DNA from: Felis catus
Taxonomy: Eukaryota
Direction: 5' to 3'
Length of the DNA: 64,000 bases
Assembly: GCF_018350175.1 (NCBI RefSeq)
Contig: NC_058385.1
Location: 81,096,001-81,160,000 of the forward strand
Part shown: positions 45,651 through 58,749 of the stretch, in pieces
How the letters are laid out: each line of letters starts with the position of its first letter
Numbering within the stretch: position 1 is the stretch's first letter
Translations under genes and position numbers: made by a program
Notes under the pieces: model-generated
What the model saw: the letters and a program-made list of their open reading frames with translations, nothing else
Databases searched by the model: none
What the model was told of the DNA's origin: nothing

Positions 45651-48600
45651 CTCTTGCCCCAGTTTCTGCAGCCTGTGTGGGTCTGCGTTTCCCTGGAGCA
45701 GCTCATCTCACCCCACCCCTGCAAGGGGGATGCTTTGTTATCTTACGGGTGGCCCTGCACACAGTGGACCGGGCGTTCACTGGCTGCAGAGCTAGGAAGC
45801 GGGGACCCGGGATTCTCACTGGGCAGTCTGGCCCCAGTGTCGTCCTCGATGCCCACATGCACCGGCCCACTCAGGCCCTGCCAGGCTGAAGCCAGGAGGG
45901 AGCCCAGAGGACCCGGAAGGCACGGGGCAACCATCTACAAGGACTAAAGACCTGCAAGGTCCTGTGCAGAGCACCCGGGATCTGGTCCTGCCTTGGGGTT
46001 GGGGTCAGGGCTGAGATTAGGGTCCGACAGGGAGGCAAGCCCTTTACCAAATTGCTTTTGCAAGAGCTGAATCCCTGCCTGAGGGGCAGAAAAAGCTGGG
46101 GGGCCCGAGGAGAGTGTGGGCCTGCTGCCTGGGGTCCCTGGCCCCCGCTCAGCCCCAGCCCAGCAGCTCCGACGGTGTGAGGAGGCAGCCCCGAGCTGGC
46201 CCTTGTGTCCAGGGCAGGAGTCAGGAGGCTCCCGGGCGCCAGGCTCCTCTTTGGGGTCTGCTGCCTCCTGGGGCTGCTCCCCGCATTGGGGAGGCTGTTC
46301 AGGAATATGAACCAGCCTCCTCCAGGGGCCCTGGGCCCTGCCATCTGGGTCTGGCCTCCCCGAGGCTCCCGGGCACCGTCTCTCTACCCTCCCAGGGTCT
46401 CTCGAGCCGCCTCCCCTCTCCTCAGGGCCGCCCGTCCCTGGATCCAGCCCAGGACCCAGAGCCACAGCCCCTGCGTGCTCTGTGGTGGGGGGCGGCCAGC
46501 TGCTGGGCTCACTCAGATGCGGGGGAGCAGGAGCTGACTGAGGACCCTGGCCTCCAGCAGCGATGTGGAGACTGCGCGAGGGAGTGAGTTCTCCAGCGTG
46601 GCAGCCGCGGGACGCTGTGCTTTGATGCGTAATTGCTGCTTTCCTGCCTGCTGGCCATTCAGAGGAGGAGAGAGAAAGCTTCCTTCATTTTATCTCGGGA
46701 AGGTGGCAGCCTTTTCTGAGATCACAGTGAGGGCGGCAATTAGACCGCAGCCTGGGGTCCGCGGCAGCGCCGAGGGACACGCGGCTCAACGGCGCAGGAC
46801 GGCCTTCCTGCCTGAGCGCTCCAGCCCTGTCCTCAGGCCAAGTCTGCATTTCAGGAGGCGGGCGAGGGGCTGGCCTGGGTGGGAAGGGTCTTCGGGCGCC
46901 AGGGTCCTTGCCTAGGAGGGTCTCTACTCCCTGTCTACCCGGGGCCTCCCGTGGCTTCAATGTGGCCCCTGTGCCCAGGCTCCGGATTCACGTCCGTGGC
47001 CCTCTGCGCCTGCTGCGGCCTCTGGGCCTGCTCACATTTTGGACCTCACTGTGTCCAGAACAGAGTTCCTGGCTCCCCCGTTCTGCACTGGGGACATCAC
47101 GGCCTCGGTGCCGGTCTCTGTGCCCCCTCGCTCCACCAGTGCCCTCGTATACCAGGGTGACAACGCTGACCGTGGGTCACAGGCCCCCACGGGTTCTTTT
47201 CACACCCAGACTCCTGCTTGTGTCCTTGACCTGCCTCTGTGCTCCAGCTGCTAAGCCTGTTCCTTGGACCCCTGGGCTTTGGGGGCTCTTCCTCTGGGTC
47301 TCAGCACCAAGGCCACCTCCTTGGCTGCCTCCCATGTTGGCTACCTTCCCCTCCCTGTCACTGTCACTCCCTGAAGGTCACTGTCCCCTTTTTACTTACT
47401 TCACTTCATGAGGGTCTGGAGGACAGGACTGTCACCCTGTTCCTGGCAGGAGAGCGCCCCTGGTGTGTGTGAATGTTCGCCCAGGCATGTGTGCTGATAC
47501 AGCAAGGGGGGAAGGACACGCGAGTGTGCTATGCCCACCTTACCGTCTTGGCTTCTGGCTCTCCATCAGCCAACCCCGCCCCTTCCCACTCCCAGGGTGA
47601 CACCTCCCTCTCTGTGGTGAGCTGAGTCCCCGCTCTGCCCAGGACTCTGCCCAGGAGCCTGCTGGGCCATCCGGGCAGGAGGGCAGAGGGCACCATGGAA
47701 CGATCCCGCCCAGGAGAAAAGACAAGCACACACAGGAAGGGAAGCATGCTGGGACGGCATGGCGAGGGGTGCATGCAGTCTGCGGTGGTGAGGAGTGTGT
47801 GCAGGCGGCCCGGAGTCTGACAATGAGGCTGCATTGGGAAGGGTTTTGGGGACCTCCCCAAAGCCCCTGCAACGCGGATGGGCATGCATTTGTTCACCAG
47901 TGTCACTTACGAATCATCTACTCTGTGCCGGGGCCAGGGACCCAGCCGTGAAGAAGGCACAGCCCCCGCAAGGGAGGCAGAAAACCAGCACACCCTGGCC
48001 CAAGTGTACTCAGGACCTGCTGAGGTGAAACATCGGCCTGGGCTTCCTGGAGGAGGTGACACCCACTGGAGTTGTAAAACATGGGCTGAAGAGGGGTTCT
48101 GGCAGGAGCAAAGCAGGAGGAGTGATGGTACAGTGCTGTTGGTGGGGAGGGGGTCTTGGAAGCAGGGAGGGTGGGGTTTGCAAGCAGGCAGGGGCTGGTC
48201 ATGGTGGGCCTCATGTGCTGGCTTCCAGGTAGTGGCTAGAGAAGTAAGTTAAATCCCTTTTAGGAAAAGAAACAACAGTGAACAGAGCTGAAGCCACGGG
48301 GGCACTGGGCTCAGGGTTCAGAAATGGGCATCGGGGGCTGGATGCTTGGCTCCCACAGGTAAATGGCACTAAAGGTCTCCGTGGGACAGCACGACCAGCC
48401 AGCTTCTCGGCTTGAAGCCAGGGCTGCCTCTCCCTGCGCCTGCAAACAAACAAAACAAGACCAGGGGTGGCCACCTGGGGCCACAGACGGGCCAAGGGAG
48501 GCAAGTTCGATGCGGAGAAAGACTGTGCCAGGAGCCCAGCCCCAGCATCTGCAAGGGGACCTGAGGGACAGGGGCCCCTGCTGTCAGGACCCCGGCTCTG

Positions 48601-49324
48601 TGGTCCTGCACGGAGCTGTCCAGAAGTTCAAATAATGAGAGAAGAAGAAAGAGAGTAAGAGGGAAATAAAACGAACAAGACCCTGTTCCTCTCTATGAGC
48701 TGCGAAGCAAATCCCAAAGCGTGCAAAGAATGGGATGTTCATGAAGGCAGCTGGAGACCCAGAGTGAGTGGCTCTGGACAGGACAGATGGGGTGCCATCC
48801 CTGCCTGGCAGTCAGAGGGGGTGGGGTGGGGGGACATTGAGGATTGGGGTGGGGGGTGCTCAGTGACTGAGGAGAAGTGGGAGGGAGGCTTGTGGATATG
48901 CTCTCAGTGTCAGGCTTGTGAGAGAGGGCAGCGATGGAGGGCCAGGTGTGAGCAGGAGGCCATGGCTTGGTTTGCACTTTGGGGCTGCCTTTCTGCCCCA
49001 CTCCTGGTGTTTCCTTCAGATACGGAGACCCGAATGGCCCTGGGAAATCAGGAAAAATAAAGGAGTATGCCCTTTCTTTTTCCCTTTCCCTTTCCCTTAG
49101 GGGCATTCTCTTCCGCCCTCCTTATGGTGTGTCTTCCCCGGCAGCCTTGCAATTGCGGGGGAGGGGGGTCTGTCCCCCTGGGGCAGCGCTTCCTGCAACA
49201 GGGTCTCAAGTCTGCCTCCCGCTGGGCAGCCCCATGGCGCTTGCAGCAAGCTTCACCCTCCAACTCAACCTTTCTCAGCAATAAAGGTGATAGTCTGGCT
49301 TCCATAAAAAAAAAAAAAAGTGAG

Positions 49325-49890
49325 TGAAAATATCAACAATGGGAACGTGAATTCGCTCCAGATAAAATTAATTTCATAGAACAATCTGAGGAGGACTTTA
49401 AAATAAACTGGTTCAGGTTACAAGAGATTAATGAAGGTGTAATTCTTATTAAGAAAGAATAAGAAAGGATGGGGGAAAAGGCAGGAAAGAAACCAGATCC
49501 AATGGATGTGTATAACCAAATAAAAATCCTGGATATAAAAACAGAGCCATAGGAAATGATGCCATAAACCTCGGAAGGGACATAGCACAGAGAAGAGTAA
49601 TGAGTTGGATGCACTGTGCTGGAGCTCACCGATAGCACAACACAGACAGAGCCAGAAATGAATGAGCGGTCAGCGGGGTTGGGGAAGAAATGGAGGCCCT
49701 GCCACTGGATGCCATAGTAGAGAAGCATGGTTTGAAGAGATAATGGCTGAGAATTTTCCAGAAATAAGGAGCCACGCTAGTCCTCAGATTAGAATTGCCC
49801 TCAGAGAAACGGAGCCAGACAGATAAAGATGCCCCGTGCATGGCACATTGTCATGATTAAAAATACAGAGGATTAGTCACCAGTCTTCAA
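49325..49890 (+). mobile_element. Ancient L1 ORF1-region relic (L1ME/HAL1-like)
   Basis: gactttaaaataa, aaccaaataaaaatcctgga, tttgaagagataatggctgagaattttccagaa and cctcagatt are typical ORF1 landmarks. Confidence 0.6.
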
Positions 49891-50566
49891 AGCTACCAGA
49901 AGTCTTCTGCTTCCAACAAAGACAGAGTAACAGGAACTGGATTTACTCCCGTGGGAAACAAGCTCTGAATTAGAAATAATAGGAGACAGTGGCTTTCATT
50001 ACACTGGGCCTCAGGCAATGAAGCGCACTGGCCTCTGAGATGTGAGATACTAACGAGGAGAGCCCTAGAGTTGTGCCTGCTTACAGCCCCGAGTCTCTGG
50101 GCCACATCAAGAAGATGGGCACTCAGGCAGACTCTGGAAGTCTCCCTGAGCTTATTAAGGGGGCAGGGAGCCTGGGGAGAGTTCCCAGGAGGAGGGCCAG
50201 CGAGGAGAAGCTGCATGTGGCAGAAGGCTGGGGGCCGCGGAAGGTCCCCTTTGGCAGTCAACCAGGTACTGATGAGCACACACATGTGAGGAAAGTCACT
50301 GAGGCTGGATGGGACGAAATAGTGCCTGACACTCGCACCAGCCAGGCTGGAAGTCCGTGTGACTCATGGGATGTTTGTTGGGCAGAGCACACAGAAGGGC
50401 TTTACCTCAAGGGTGGGGATGATTGGGCATACACTGAGCACGTCTCTCGTCCTGTCCAACAGTTCTAAAAGCAAGACCTGAAAATATCTAACTGTTTCTA
50501 GGTACCTGAACTGCATCCCAGAACAAAAAAAGAGGAAACATACTTATAAGTATCTAAACATAGCAT

Positions 50567-50703
50567 GTTCTGTGTCTGACTTCCAATAAAAAAACCACCA
50601 AGCATGAAGCAAAATGGGCAAATATAACCTATAAAACGTTCTGTGTCTGACTTCCAATAAAAAGCCACCAAGCATGAAGCAAAGTGGGAAAATATAACCT
50701 ATA
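50567..50703. repeat. 71-bp tandem duplication inside the L1
   Basis: GTTCTGTGTCTGACTTCCAATAAAAA..CCACCAAGCATGAAGCAAA..AATATAACCTATA starts at both 50567 and 50638. Confidence 0.93.
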
Positions 50704-51738
50704 TGAGGAGGAAAAAATCAATTGAAGTCTATCTAGAACACAGATGTTAGAATTAGTAGATATGATATGAATACATATGTGTTAAAAATTTTAACTAGAA
50801 AGGATTAATAAATATAAATCTTAATAGAGGGAACAAAAAACCTCAGTAGAAACATGGAAGGTGTAAGAACAGGACTCAAATCAAACTTGTAAATATGAAA
50901 ATGTCAGTGTGTGGGGTAATATGCATTGTATGAGATTAACACAGACTTGAACAGCAGCAGAAAAGGTGAGTGAGCTTGAAGACATAGCAAGAGAAACCAT
51001 CTGCAATGAAAGTGAGAGGGAAGAGATCATGTTTTTAAATATGAAAAAACCCTCACTGAGCTGTGGAACAACTTCAGATGGCCTAATAGGCATGCAGTTG
51101 GTGTCTCCCAAGGGAGACAAGAGCACAGAAATTGGGAGACATAATAATAAAAAAATTTTTTTTTCTAAATGGACGTGATACAAAATACAAGCTAGAATAT
51201 ATTCTGGGCCATTAAAACATTTACAAGGATTTAAGTCATATGAGATACATTTTCTGACCACATGGAATCAAACCTCAAAAAAATAATGGAAAGATATCTG
51301 AAATACCTCAAAATATTGGAAAATTAGTCATTTATAAAGTATGCATAGGTGAAAAAATTGGAAAAGGGAACTTAGAAAGCATTTGGAACCAAATTGACAT
51401 GACTATGTAACATGTCAGAATGTTAGCGGTGTCATCACAGCAGTACTTAGAGGAAATTTGTAGCAATAGTTGTCTATACCAGAACATAAGAAAGGTCTGA
51501 ACTCAGTGACTCAGTGCCTCGGCTTTTGCCCTAAGAGAAGGGTGGATTAAACGCAAAGTTAGCAGGAGAAATGAAATGATAAAACATCAGATGAAAGGCA
51601 ATGAAATAGAAAATGCGAAAACAATATAGAAAATCACTAAAATCGAAAGCTAGCTCTTGGAGAAGGCAAATCATTTATAAATCTCTAAGCAGACTTATTA
51701 GGAAAAAATGACATAAGACACAAATTACACCAGAATCC

Positions 51739-51938
51739 TTTTTTTTAAATGTTTTTTTTTTAATTTATTGTTGAGAGAGTGCGGTGTAAGTGAGGGAGGG
51801 ACAGAGAAAGAGGGAGAGAGAGAGAATCCCAAGCAGGCTCTGCACTGTTAGTGCAGAGCCTGACTTGGGGCTTGAACCCACAAACCATGAGCCAAAATCA
51901 TGAGTCGGACACTCAACTGACTGAGTCACCCAGGCACC
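51739..51938 (-). mobile_element. Feliform CanSINE (small internal deletion) inserted in the L1
   Basis: gagaatcccaagcaggctc..gagtcacccaggcaccc; TSD core CACAAATTACAC at 51719-51730 and 51939-51950. Confidence 0.92.
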
Positions 51939-52267
51939 CACAAATTACACGAGGATTCTCAAAGGTGAATCACTACAGATCCTACAGACATGAAATAGAT
52001 TGTGAAAGGAATATCACAAACCAGTTTTTACCAAAAAAGTTGACAACTTAGATGAAATGGATAGATTCCTGGAAAGACACACTCAAGAAGAAAGAGATAA
52101 CCCAAAGAGGCCCATATCTGTTATTGAACTTTTGGTTAAGCACTTTCCCACAAAGAAACTCTAGCCCCAGATGGCTGTACTGGTGAATTCTACCAAGCAC
52201 TTAGGGAAGAAATAATGTCAATTCCATAGAAACTCTTTCAGAAAATCGGACAGGAGGGAATACTTTC

Positions 52268-52623
52268 TGCTATGGACTGAATATTTGTGTCCCCTCCAAA
52301 TTCATATATTAAGGTATAATGCCCAACACCCTGATGGCCTTTGGAGGTGAAGCCTTTAGGAAGTGGTTAGAACCTGAGTGTGAATCCCTCATTAATGAGG
52401 ATAGTGCCCTTGTAAGAGACACCCCACCCAGCTCTTTTACAGAGAGCCTTTCTGCCATGTGAGGACACAGTGAGAGGGCAACAACTAGTCACCAGGAAGT
52501 GGGTCCTCACCAGATACTAAATTGGTTGGTGCCTTGATCCTGTATGTCCAGCCTCCAGAATTGTGTGAAATAAGTCCCCCAGTGTGCGGTATTTTGTTAC
52601 AGCAGCCCAAGCGGACTAAGTCA
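52268..52623 (+). mobile_element. Solo MaLR LTR (MLT1A-like) inserted in L1 ORF2
   Basis: Starts tgctatggactgaatatttgtgtcccctccaaattcatat and ends tattttgttacagcagcccaagcggactaag; the L1 resumes on both sides (gggaatacttt.. / ..cccaactcattct). Confidence 0.88.
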
Positions 52624-52990
52624 CCTCCCAACTCATTCTGTGAGGCCAGCATTACCCCGATGTCAAAACCAGACAAAGATGTTGCATAAAAAAAAAACAA
52701 ACAAAACCACAGGCCAATATCTCTTATGTATATAGATGTGTAAGTTCTAAACATAATTGTGTCAAATCAAATCCAACGATGTGCAAAAAGGATCATACAC
52801 CATGGCCACATGGAATGCAAGGTTCATTTAACCTTTGCAAGTCAGTTAATTTAATTTATTACATTAACAAATGAAAAAAGAAAAATTACATAATTGTCCC
52901 AATGGTATTTAACTGAAAAGAAGTATTTGACAAAATCCAACACATTTTATGGTTAGAAATTGTCAGCAAATAAGGGATAGAAGTAGCCTC

Positions 52991-53214
52991 GGGGTGCCTG
53001 GGTGGCTCAGTCGGTTAAGCGTCCAACTTCAGGTCAGGTCATGATCTCATGGTTCGTGGGTTCGAGCCCCATGTCGGGCTCTGTGCTGACAGTTCAGAGC
53101 CCGAAGCCTGTTTTGGATTCTGTGTCTCCCTCTCTCTCTGCCCCTCCCCTGCTTGCTCTCTGTCTCTCTCTCTCTGTCTTTCAAAAATAAATAAACATTA
53201 AAAATTTTAAAAAA
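52991..53214 (+). mobile_element. Full-length feliform CanSINE (SINEC_Fc-like) inserted in the L1
   Basis: ggggtgcctgggtggctcagtcggttaagcgtcc..ggttcgagccc..(CT)n..aaaaataaataaacattaaaaa; TSD AGAAGTAG[C/A]CTC at 52979-52990 and 53215-53226. Confidence 0.96.
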
Positions 53215-54044
53215 AGAAGTAGACTCCTCAACCTGATAAAAGGTATCTAGCGAAAACTTGCACATAACATTTTTCTTAGTGATGAAAGGCAGCAGTTTTT
53301 TTTTTTTGCTAAGATTGAGAGCAGTACCATATTTATTCTCCTCACTTCTATTTAACATTATAGTGGAAGTTCCCATCAGTTCAACAATGCATGGAAAAGA
53401 AATAGGAGTCATGGAGCCTGGAAAGGAGGAAGAAAAACTCTTTATTCACAGAAAACATGTTTTTTTTTGGGGGGGGAGTCTAATAGTATCTACAAAACAC
53501 AACAACACAAAACCATGCTAAGACCGATAACTGAGTTCAGCAATGCTGCAGGGCACAAGATCAGTCTACAAAAACAATCATATTTCCATGTATGAGTAAG
53601 GATCAGTAGGAAATGGAATTTAAAGGTACCACTGGGAATAGCATCAAAGTTGTGAAACACATAGGAACATATCTGTGAAAAACATGAAATACCTGTACAT
53701 TGGCAAACTAGAAAACATTGCTGGAGGAAATGAAAGAACTGAATAAACGAGGTGACCTACCCTGTCCCCATGTCAGAAGATTCAGTGCTGTTAAGATATT
53801 AATTCTCTCAGATTTGGTCTGTAGATGCAATGCAATGCCAATCAAAACCTAAGCAGTTAAAAAAAAAAAAGCGGACTGATTCTAAGATTCCTATGAAAAT
53901 GTAAAGACCTAAAGAGAATCCAGAACTATTCACAAAAAGCAAGACTGATTATGGACACTATCTGATTTCAAGGCTTATCATAAAAGCCCAGGGGTTGAGA
54001 GCGTGCATGGGCATGGAGCTAGACAAACACACCCATGGAGCAGA

Positions 54045-54048
<4 letters not shown>

Positions 54049-54082
<34 letters not shown>
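54049..54082. repeat. (AC)17 microsatellite
   Basis: Directly visible. Confidence 0.95.
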
Positions 54083-54086
<4 letters not shown>

Positions 54087-55139
54087 ACTAATGACTTCAA
54101 CAAGGGTGTGCAAGCAAGTTCGTGCAGAAGGGATGGTCTTGCCAACAAATGGCGCTGGGACAATTAGACACCCATATGCCAAAAAGAAAAAAGAAACCTC
54201 AATCTATTCTTTGTATAAAAAGATTAATTTCAGAATAGATCATGGGCCTAAATATGAAGGAAAAACATCAACTCCTAAGAGAAAACATGGAAACAACCTT
54301 TGTGACCTCACAGCGAGCAAAGATTTCTCAGCCTGAACACCACAAAATAAACGAACAAACTCGACTCCATCGAGACTGCACACATCTCACTGAGAGACAC
54401 TGTGGAGCGCCTGACAATAGAAGCCATGGGCTGAAAGAAACGACCTGCACGTCATGTACCCGATGAAGGACTTTTATCCAGAACAGGTGCAGGATTCTCC
54501 ATGCTCAATAGTGAGAAAACGACCCAATAAAGCATGGCTGCAGACTTGAATAGACACTTAAACATACATGGAGGCAAGGGAGCGTATGGGAGGATGCTCG
54601 ATAGCACTTGTCTTTAGGAACCGTCCCCACGCGCACTCACTGAACATAACAATGGAAAAAACGATCGCATCAGGTGTTGGCGAGGATGTGGGCGACAATG
54701 CTCATGTGCGGCGGACGGGGACGTACAGCGGAAGGGCCACCGTGGAAGCGCAGTGTGACGGTTTCCTAAAAGTTAGACATCCGCCCACCGTATGATCCGG
54801 CCATTCTCCCCAGGAGAAGAGAGGCGTGTGTCTAAGCCAAGACTTGCACATGAATGCTCACAGCAACTAAGTTCATAAAAGCCCAAACCAGGGGACAGCC
54901 CCGCTGTCCGCGGATGCCTGCATGGGTGATCACGTCGTGGCACGTGGTACCCGTGTCATGGAATGCGGTCCAGCGGTACGGGGGAGAGGGCGGCTCGAGC
55001 GATGTCATGGGTAAATCTCAACACGATGGTACCACGTGGGGGGCGCCAGACGTGAAAGGACCCTGAAAGTCTCCTGTGTTGCTCGCTGCAGCGGACGTGG
55101 CTTCAGTGTGTATAACCCACAGGGTATCGGTGTCTAGGA

Positions 55140-55830
55140 CAGAGAGAGCATCTCCACGAAAAAGACAGAGAAACCTTACGGAAAAATGGGTAGTTTTTGC
55201 ATAGTTCGCTAGAGAGGAAACGAAATGGCAAATACTTAAAGGAAGCTCATTGTCACTATCACGGGAACGGCGGTTACTCTGCAGGCACGCCATTCCACCC
55301 GCGTGGGCTGGCAGAGGCTGGGAGCCGGCCCACAGCCGTTCGAGGGTACGGAGCAAGGGGTCTCTGAGCCGCCACCGTGGAAGTGCCCCAGCACCGCCGC
55401 GCGGAGAGCAGGGCGGCCGGTGAAGCCGCCCGTGGCCTGTGCCCAGCAGTGCTGCTTCCAGAAAATCCCTCACGACATGTGCAGACAGACACGTCCGCCT
55501 GTCCATGGGAGGACGGTGCGCGATTGCTCCCTGGTCAGGAAAGGCCTGGTGTGGGGGAGGGCAGTGAGGATTTGAGCTAGAACGACCCTTCCCCACGTGG
55601 CTGTCTCGCGAACAAACGCTAGCTGCAATGCGTTGCACGGCGTAACCCACTATTTATGTAAAGTTTAAAACCCTACAAAAGAACATTACATATTGTTTAT
55701 GGGAACATAAAAATGCAGTAAAAGTAGGCAATGCTAGCACATGAGAAACATCTCATTCCAGCTGCGGGTGCTGTCTCTGGGAGGGGATGCGGGGAGGTGG
55801 GAATGGGGAGAGTGACAGAGGCCAGGCGAG
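55140..55830 (+). mobile_element. Ancient L1 (L1ME-like) 3' relic
   Basis: gaaaaatgggta..agagaggaaacgaaatggcaaata; cccagcag..gcttccaga; tatttatgtaaagtttaaaa..atattgtttatgg..gtaaaagta..ctctgggagggga. Confidence 0.6.
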
Positions 55831-57854
55831 GGCCACCTCCGCTGTGACAGGCCGGCACCAGGCATCCCTGGGAGGCCGGACCTCTAGCCAGCGGCCCGGG
55901 GTGCCTCCTGGAGAAGGTGACGGTTGCCTGGGGTCCGGCATAGAAGTGGATGGAACAGAGCCGGGCAGGGTGTTTCCTGGATGGAGAGACCCCCGGTGCG
56001 ATTCCCTGGCGGAGGGGACACTGGACACCTTGGGGCCAGCAAGGCCGGCTCAGGTGACATGCAGGGGGCGCTGAGGGCCTCGGATTTTGTCCTAGAGGCT
56101 GAAGGAGCCAATATCAGGGGTGTGGAGGAAGCAGGGGTGAGGGGAGCTGCCCAGGCCTGGCTGCTGGCATCCCCGCCTGGAGGGTCCCTCACTCTTGTCA
56201 CTGCAGCTGGCTGCATAGGCTGGGCCTCGTGGCTCTGCCACACACACGAAACCTGCTGGTTCCCACTCCGCATCTTTACCTGGGTACCACCTCTGATGCT
56301 CTTGTCAGGCCCTCGAGTCCCCACAAATATGTCCCACTGTTCAGGCGGCTTCTGTCTTCAGGTCTTCCTGCTGACTTGTCCCAGTCGATGCTGCTTTCTA
56401 AGACCCTCCCGTGCTGCAGGTGGACACCTGCTGGCAGCTTTTCCGGGTGCATCCCCTACCTGCACCCCGCATTGTACCAGCACATCCCCTCCGGCACTCC
56501 CCGGAGCCACTGCCTTAGCCGGATGACCTCGGACTGCCTTCCCCTCTGGCTCTGGGCTGCACTGGCCATGAGCGGTGGGCAGTCAGCAGAGGAGGGACAC
56601 AGGCTGGCACGTTGGGACTCGCTTCTTGCCCTGCCCACCAGTGTCAGGGGAGAGGCCAGGGGCGGCGGGGGGTGGGGAGTGGCGGAGGCCAGCGGGAGAA
56701 TGAGGGACACGTGGGCCAGAGCCGCTCGTCCCGTCACCCAGTCCAGGCGGAGGCCCCGCGGACCCCAGAGTGAGTTGGTTGGCTCCCTGAGTGTGGCCTG
56801 TTCCAGCTGACCTCCCGCCGCCCCATGTAGCCTGCCGTCAGGTGCTCTGAGGTCTGGGGGCTCCTGGTGATGTGGAGTGGAAGAGATGGCTGATCAGACC
56901 CCAGGCCATTTGAAGGGTCTGGTCTCCTCCCCCGTGTCCTACTCCCCAGCCCCGCCAGGGTCTCCACAGGGCCGGAGCTGGGGCGTGGGTCCCAGCTGAC
57001 ACCAGCACACAGGAGTCCTGCCCCAGCGCCCTGGCCAGCGGTCCTCCATGGGCTTCTGCTCTGATGGGGACACATGGCCTATCCGGCCCCTGCTCCTCAG
57101 GTGCTGACGAACCTGGTCATGGGTCTTCATTGGCCGTTCAGGGACCTCCTGCTGCAAATGCCAACTTCAGCCTTTGCTCATTCCTCACCTGTCTTAACCC
57201 CTGTGTTTTCCAGAAAGGACAGCTCGGGCTCCCGGGGGCCAGGGTGTGCCGGGATCACCACCGTCAAATTCAGGGCAGGTTCAGAGCCCCGGGATCTGGA
57301 CGCCTGGCCCCTCTCCTGCCCTTCCCTCTCCATGGTGTATGTGAGACGGGGCCCTGCTGGAAGAATTGCCACTAGCCGGCAGCACAGAGATGCGCCCCCG
57401 CCCCCAGCCAGCCGAGGTGCCCACGGGGCACATCGAGTCCCCTGTGCGTGCTTTTCTGCTGAGCTGTCACACGGGGTATTATCTGTTGTTGCAATGTATT
57501 ATTGCCACAGACACCGCACGTTAGATCTCAGTGTCAGCAAAAAGATCAAGGAAATTCATTTATTATTAACTTATGATAGATGTAAGACTGATTGCTTTGT
57601 GGGCTCTGGGCTTCAGGGGAAAGTGGGGAAAACGTGGCCACTATTCAAGGCCACTTGTCCCACCCCAGCCACTGAGGGTGGGGCCAGCTTGCAGATTTGG
57701 AAATGAGGAACTGAGAAAATAGCATTCGTATGGCGTCCTCCGTCCAGCCCAGCACACGTTTGCCTACGACGGCCTCTCGTGTCTAGGGCGAGGCTGCGGG
57801 ACGATGAGATAGTGCATAGACAGGAGCCCTCAGACCGCCCCGTTCATGGCCACT

Positions 57855-57975
57855 CGCCATGTGTCGGGCACTCTTCATTTAATCTTTGCGACAACCCTGG
57901 GAAGCAGGTGCTGTCCTCGCCTCTTTTTGTGGACGAGGGGAGTGGAGGCCGCCAGCAACTTGCCTAGCGTCTCGC
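57855..57975 (-). mobile_element. MIR fragment
   Basis: atgtgtcgggcact..tcatttaatctttgcgacaaccctgggaagcagg..aacttgccta. Confidence 0.7.
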
Positions 57976-58749
57976 CATCCAAACCCTGCACAGCTGACCC
58001 GCTGTGCACAAGGTCAGTGCCCACTGAAGAGGTCTCCTTTGCCTCACTGGTACCCGAGGCCTAGGCGAGGAGACTGAGGGTCAGAGCAGGGCAGTGGCCG
58101 TTCAAGGTCACCTGAGGAGGGGCTGAGAACACGTCCCTCTCTGCTCTATCTCATCCACCCCGACCCCCACACACCTTCGGGACAGGTAGGCCTTCCGCCT
58201 GGCCTCCCGAGCCAGCCCCGCATCCTGTCCCACTGCATTTGACAGGCCACTGTCCTCTCCAAGGCCTGAGAAGTCAGCCAGGCCGGAGCCTGTGAGTCCG
58301 GGCCCAGCGCCTGCTGCAGCCTGCCCAAGGGGCCTCAGCCGTAACAGGTCAGCAGGGGTGTTAGGAAAACCCAAGGATTCGGGCTTCATCTGCCCAAGGC
58401 CGCCTTGGTCCCTCCAAGATGGCACCTCCAGGCGCGCTTCGCTCCTGGGTGCTCTGGGAGGTGGGCGGGGGTGGTGGGGGTGGGTGCAAGGTTCCTGGAA
58501 GGGGGAGGGGCCTCAGGCCGTCTGGGCACCTAGAGGATCACTGTCCCTGGGTCCCCACTCTGGGTCCCGGTCTCTGGGCTGGGCTGTGGGGAAAGGGCGG
58601 GAGTGGGTGCAGGGCTGGAGCTAATGTGAGGACCGCAACACTCGGTGACCGAGACAAATGACCTTTTAATGCTACGTTTAAAAAAGAATGAAAATAAATG
58701 CATATATATCCACGCAGAGCAAACTAATATTTTAAATCAATACAGCATC

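Larger units (their letters stand above)
49895..55120 (+). mobile_element. Decayed, internally deleted L1M element (5' region, ORF1 piece, ORF2 EN/RT, 3' end), interrupted by younger elements
   Basis: ORF 50966-51178 (SELEDIARETICNE) resembles ORF1p. ORF 53258-53521 (LLFNIIVEV..GKEI....GKEEEKL) resembles the ORF2 RT segment [32 protein letters not shown]. DNA landmarks include ttttctgaccaca, acaacttagatgaaatggata, aactcattctgtgaggccagcattacc and caacaaatggcgctgggacaatt. Confidence 0.92.

Noticed and set aside
52991-53075. tRNA-like A/B boxes (TGGCTCAGTCGG, GGTTCGAGCCC)
   Set aside because: This is the tRNA-derived head of a CanSINE, not a tRNA gene; the same applies to the other SINEs.
53258-53521. 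Reverse-transcriptase-like ORF as an active or domesticated gene
   Set aside because: Short, lacks the catalytic FADD motif and is surrounded by frameshifts and insertions; a dead L1 relic.
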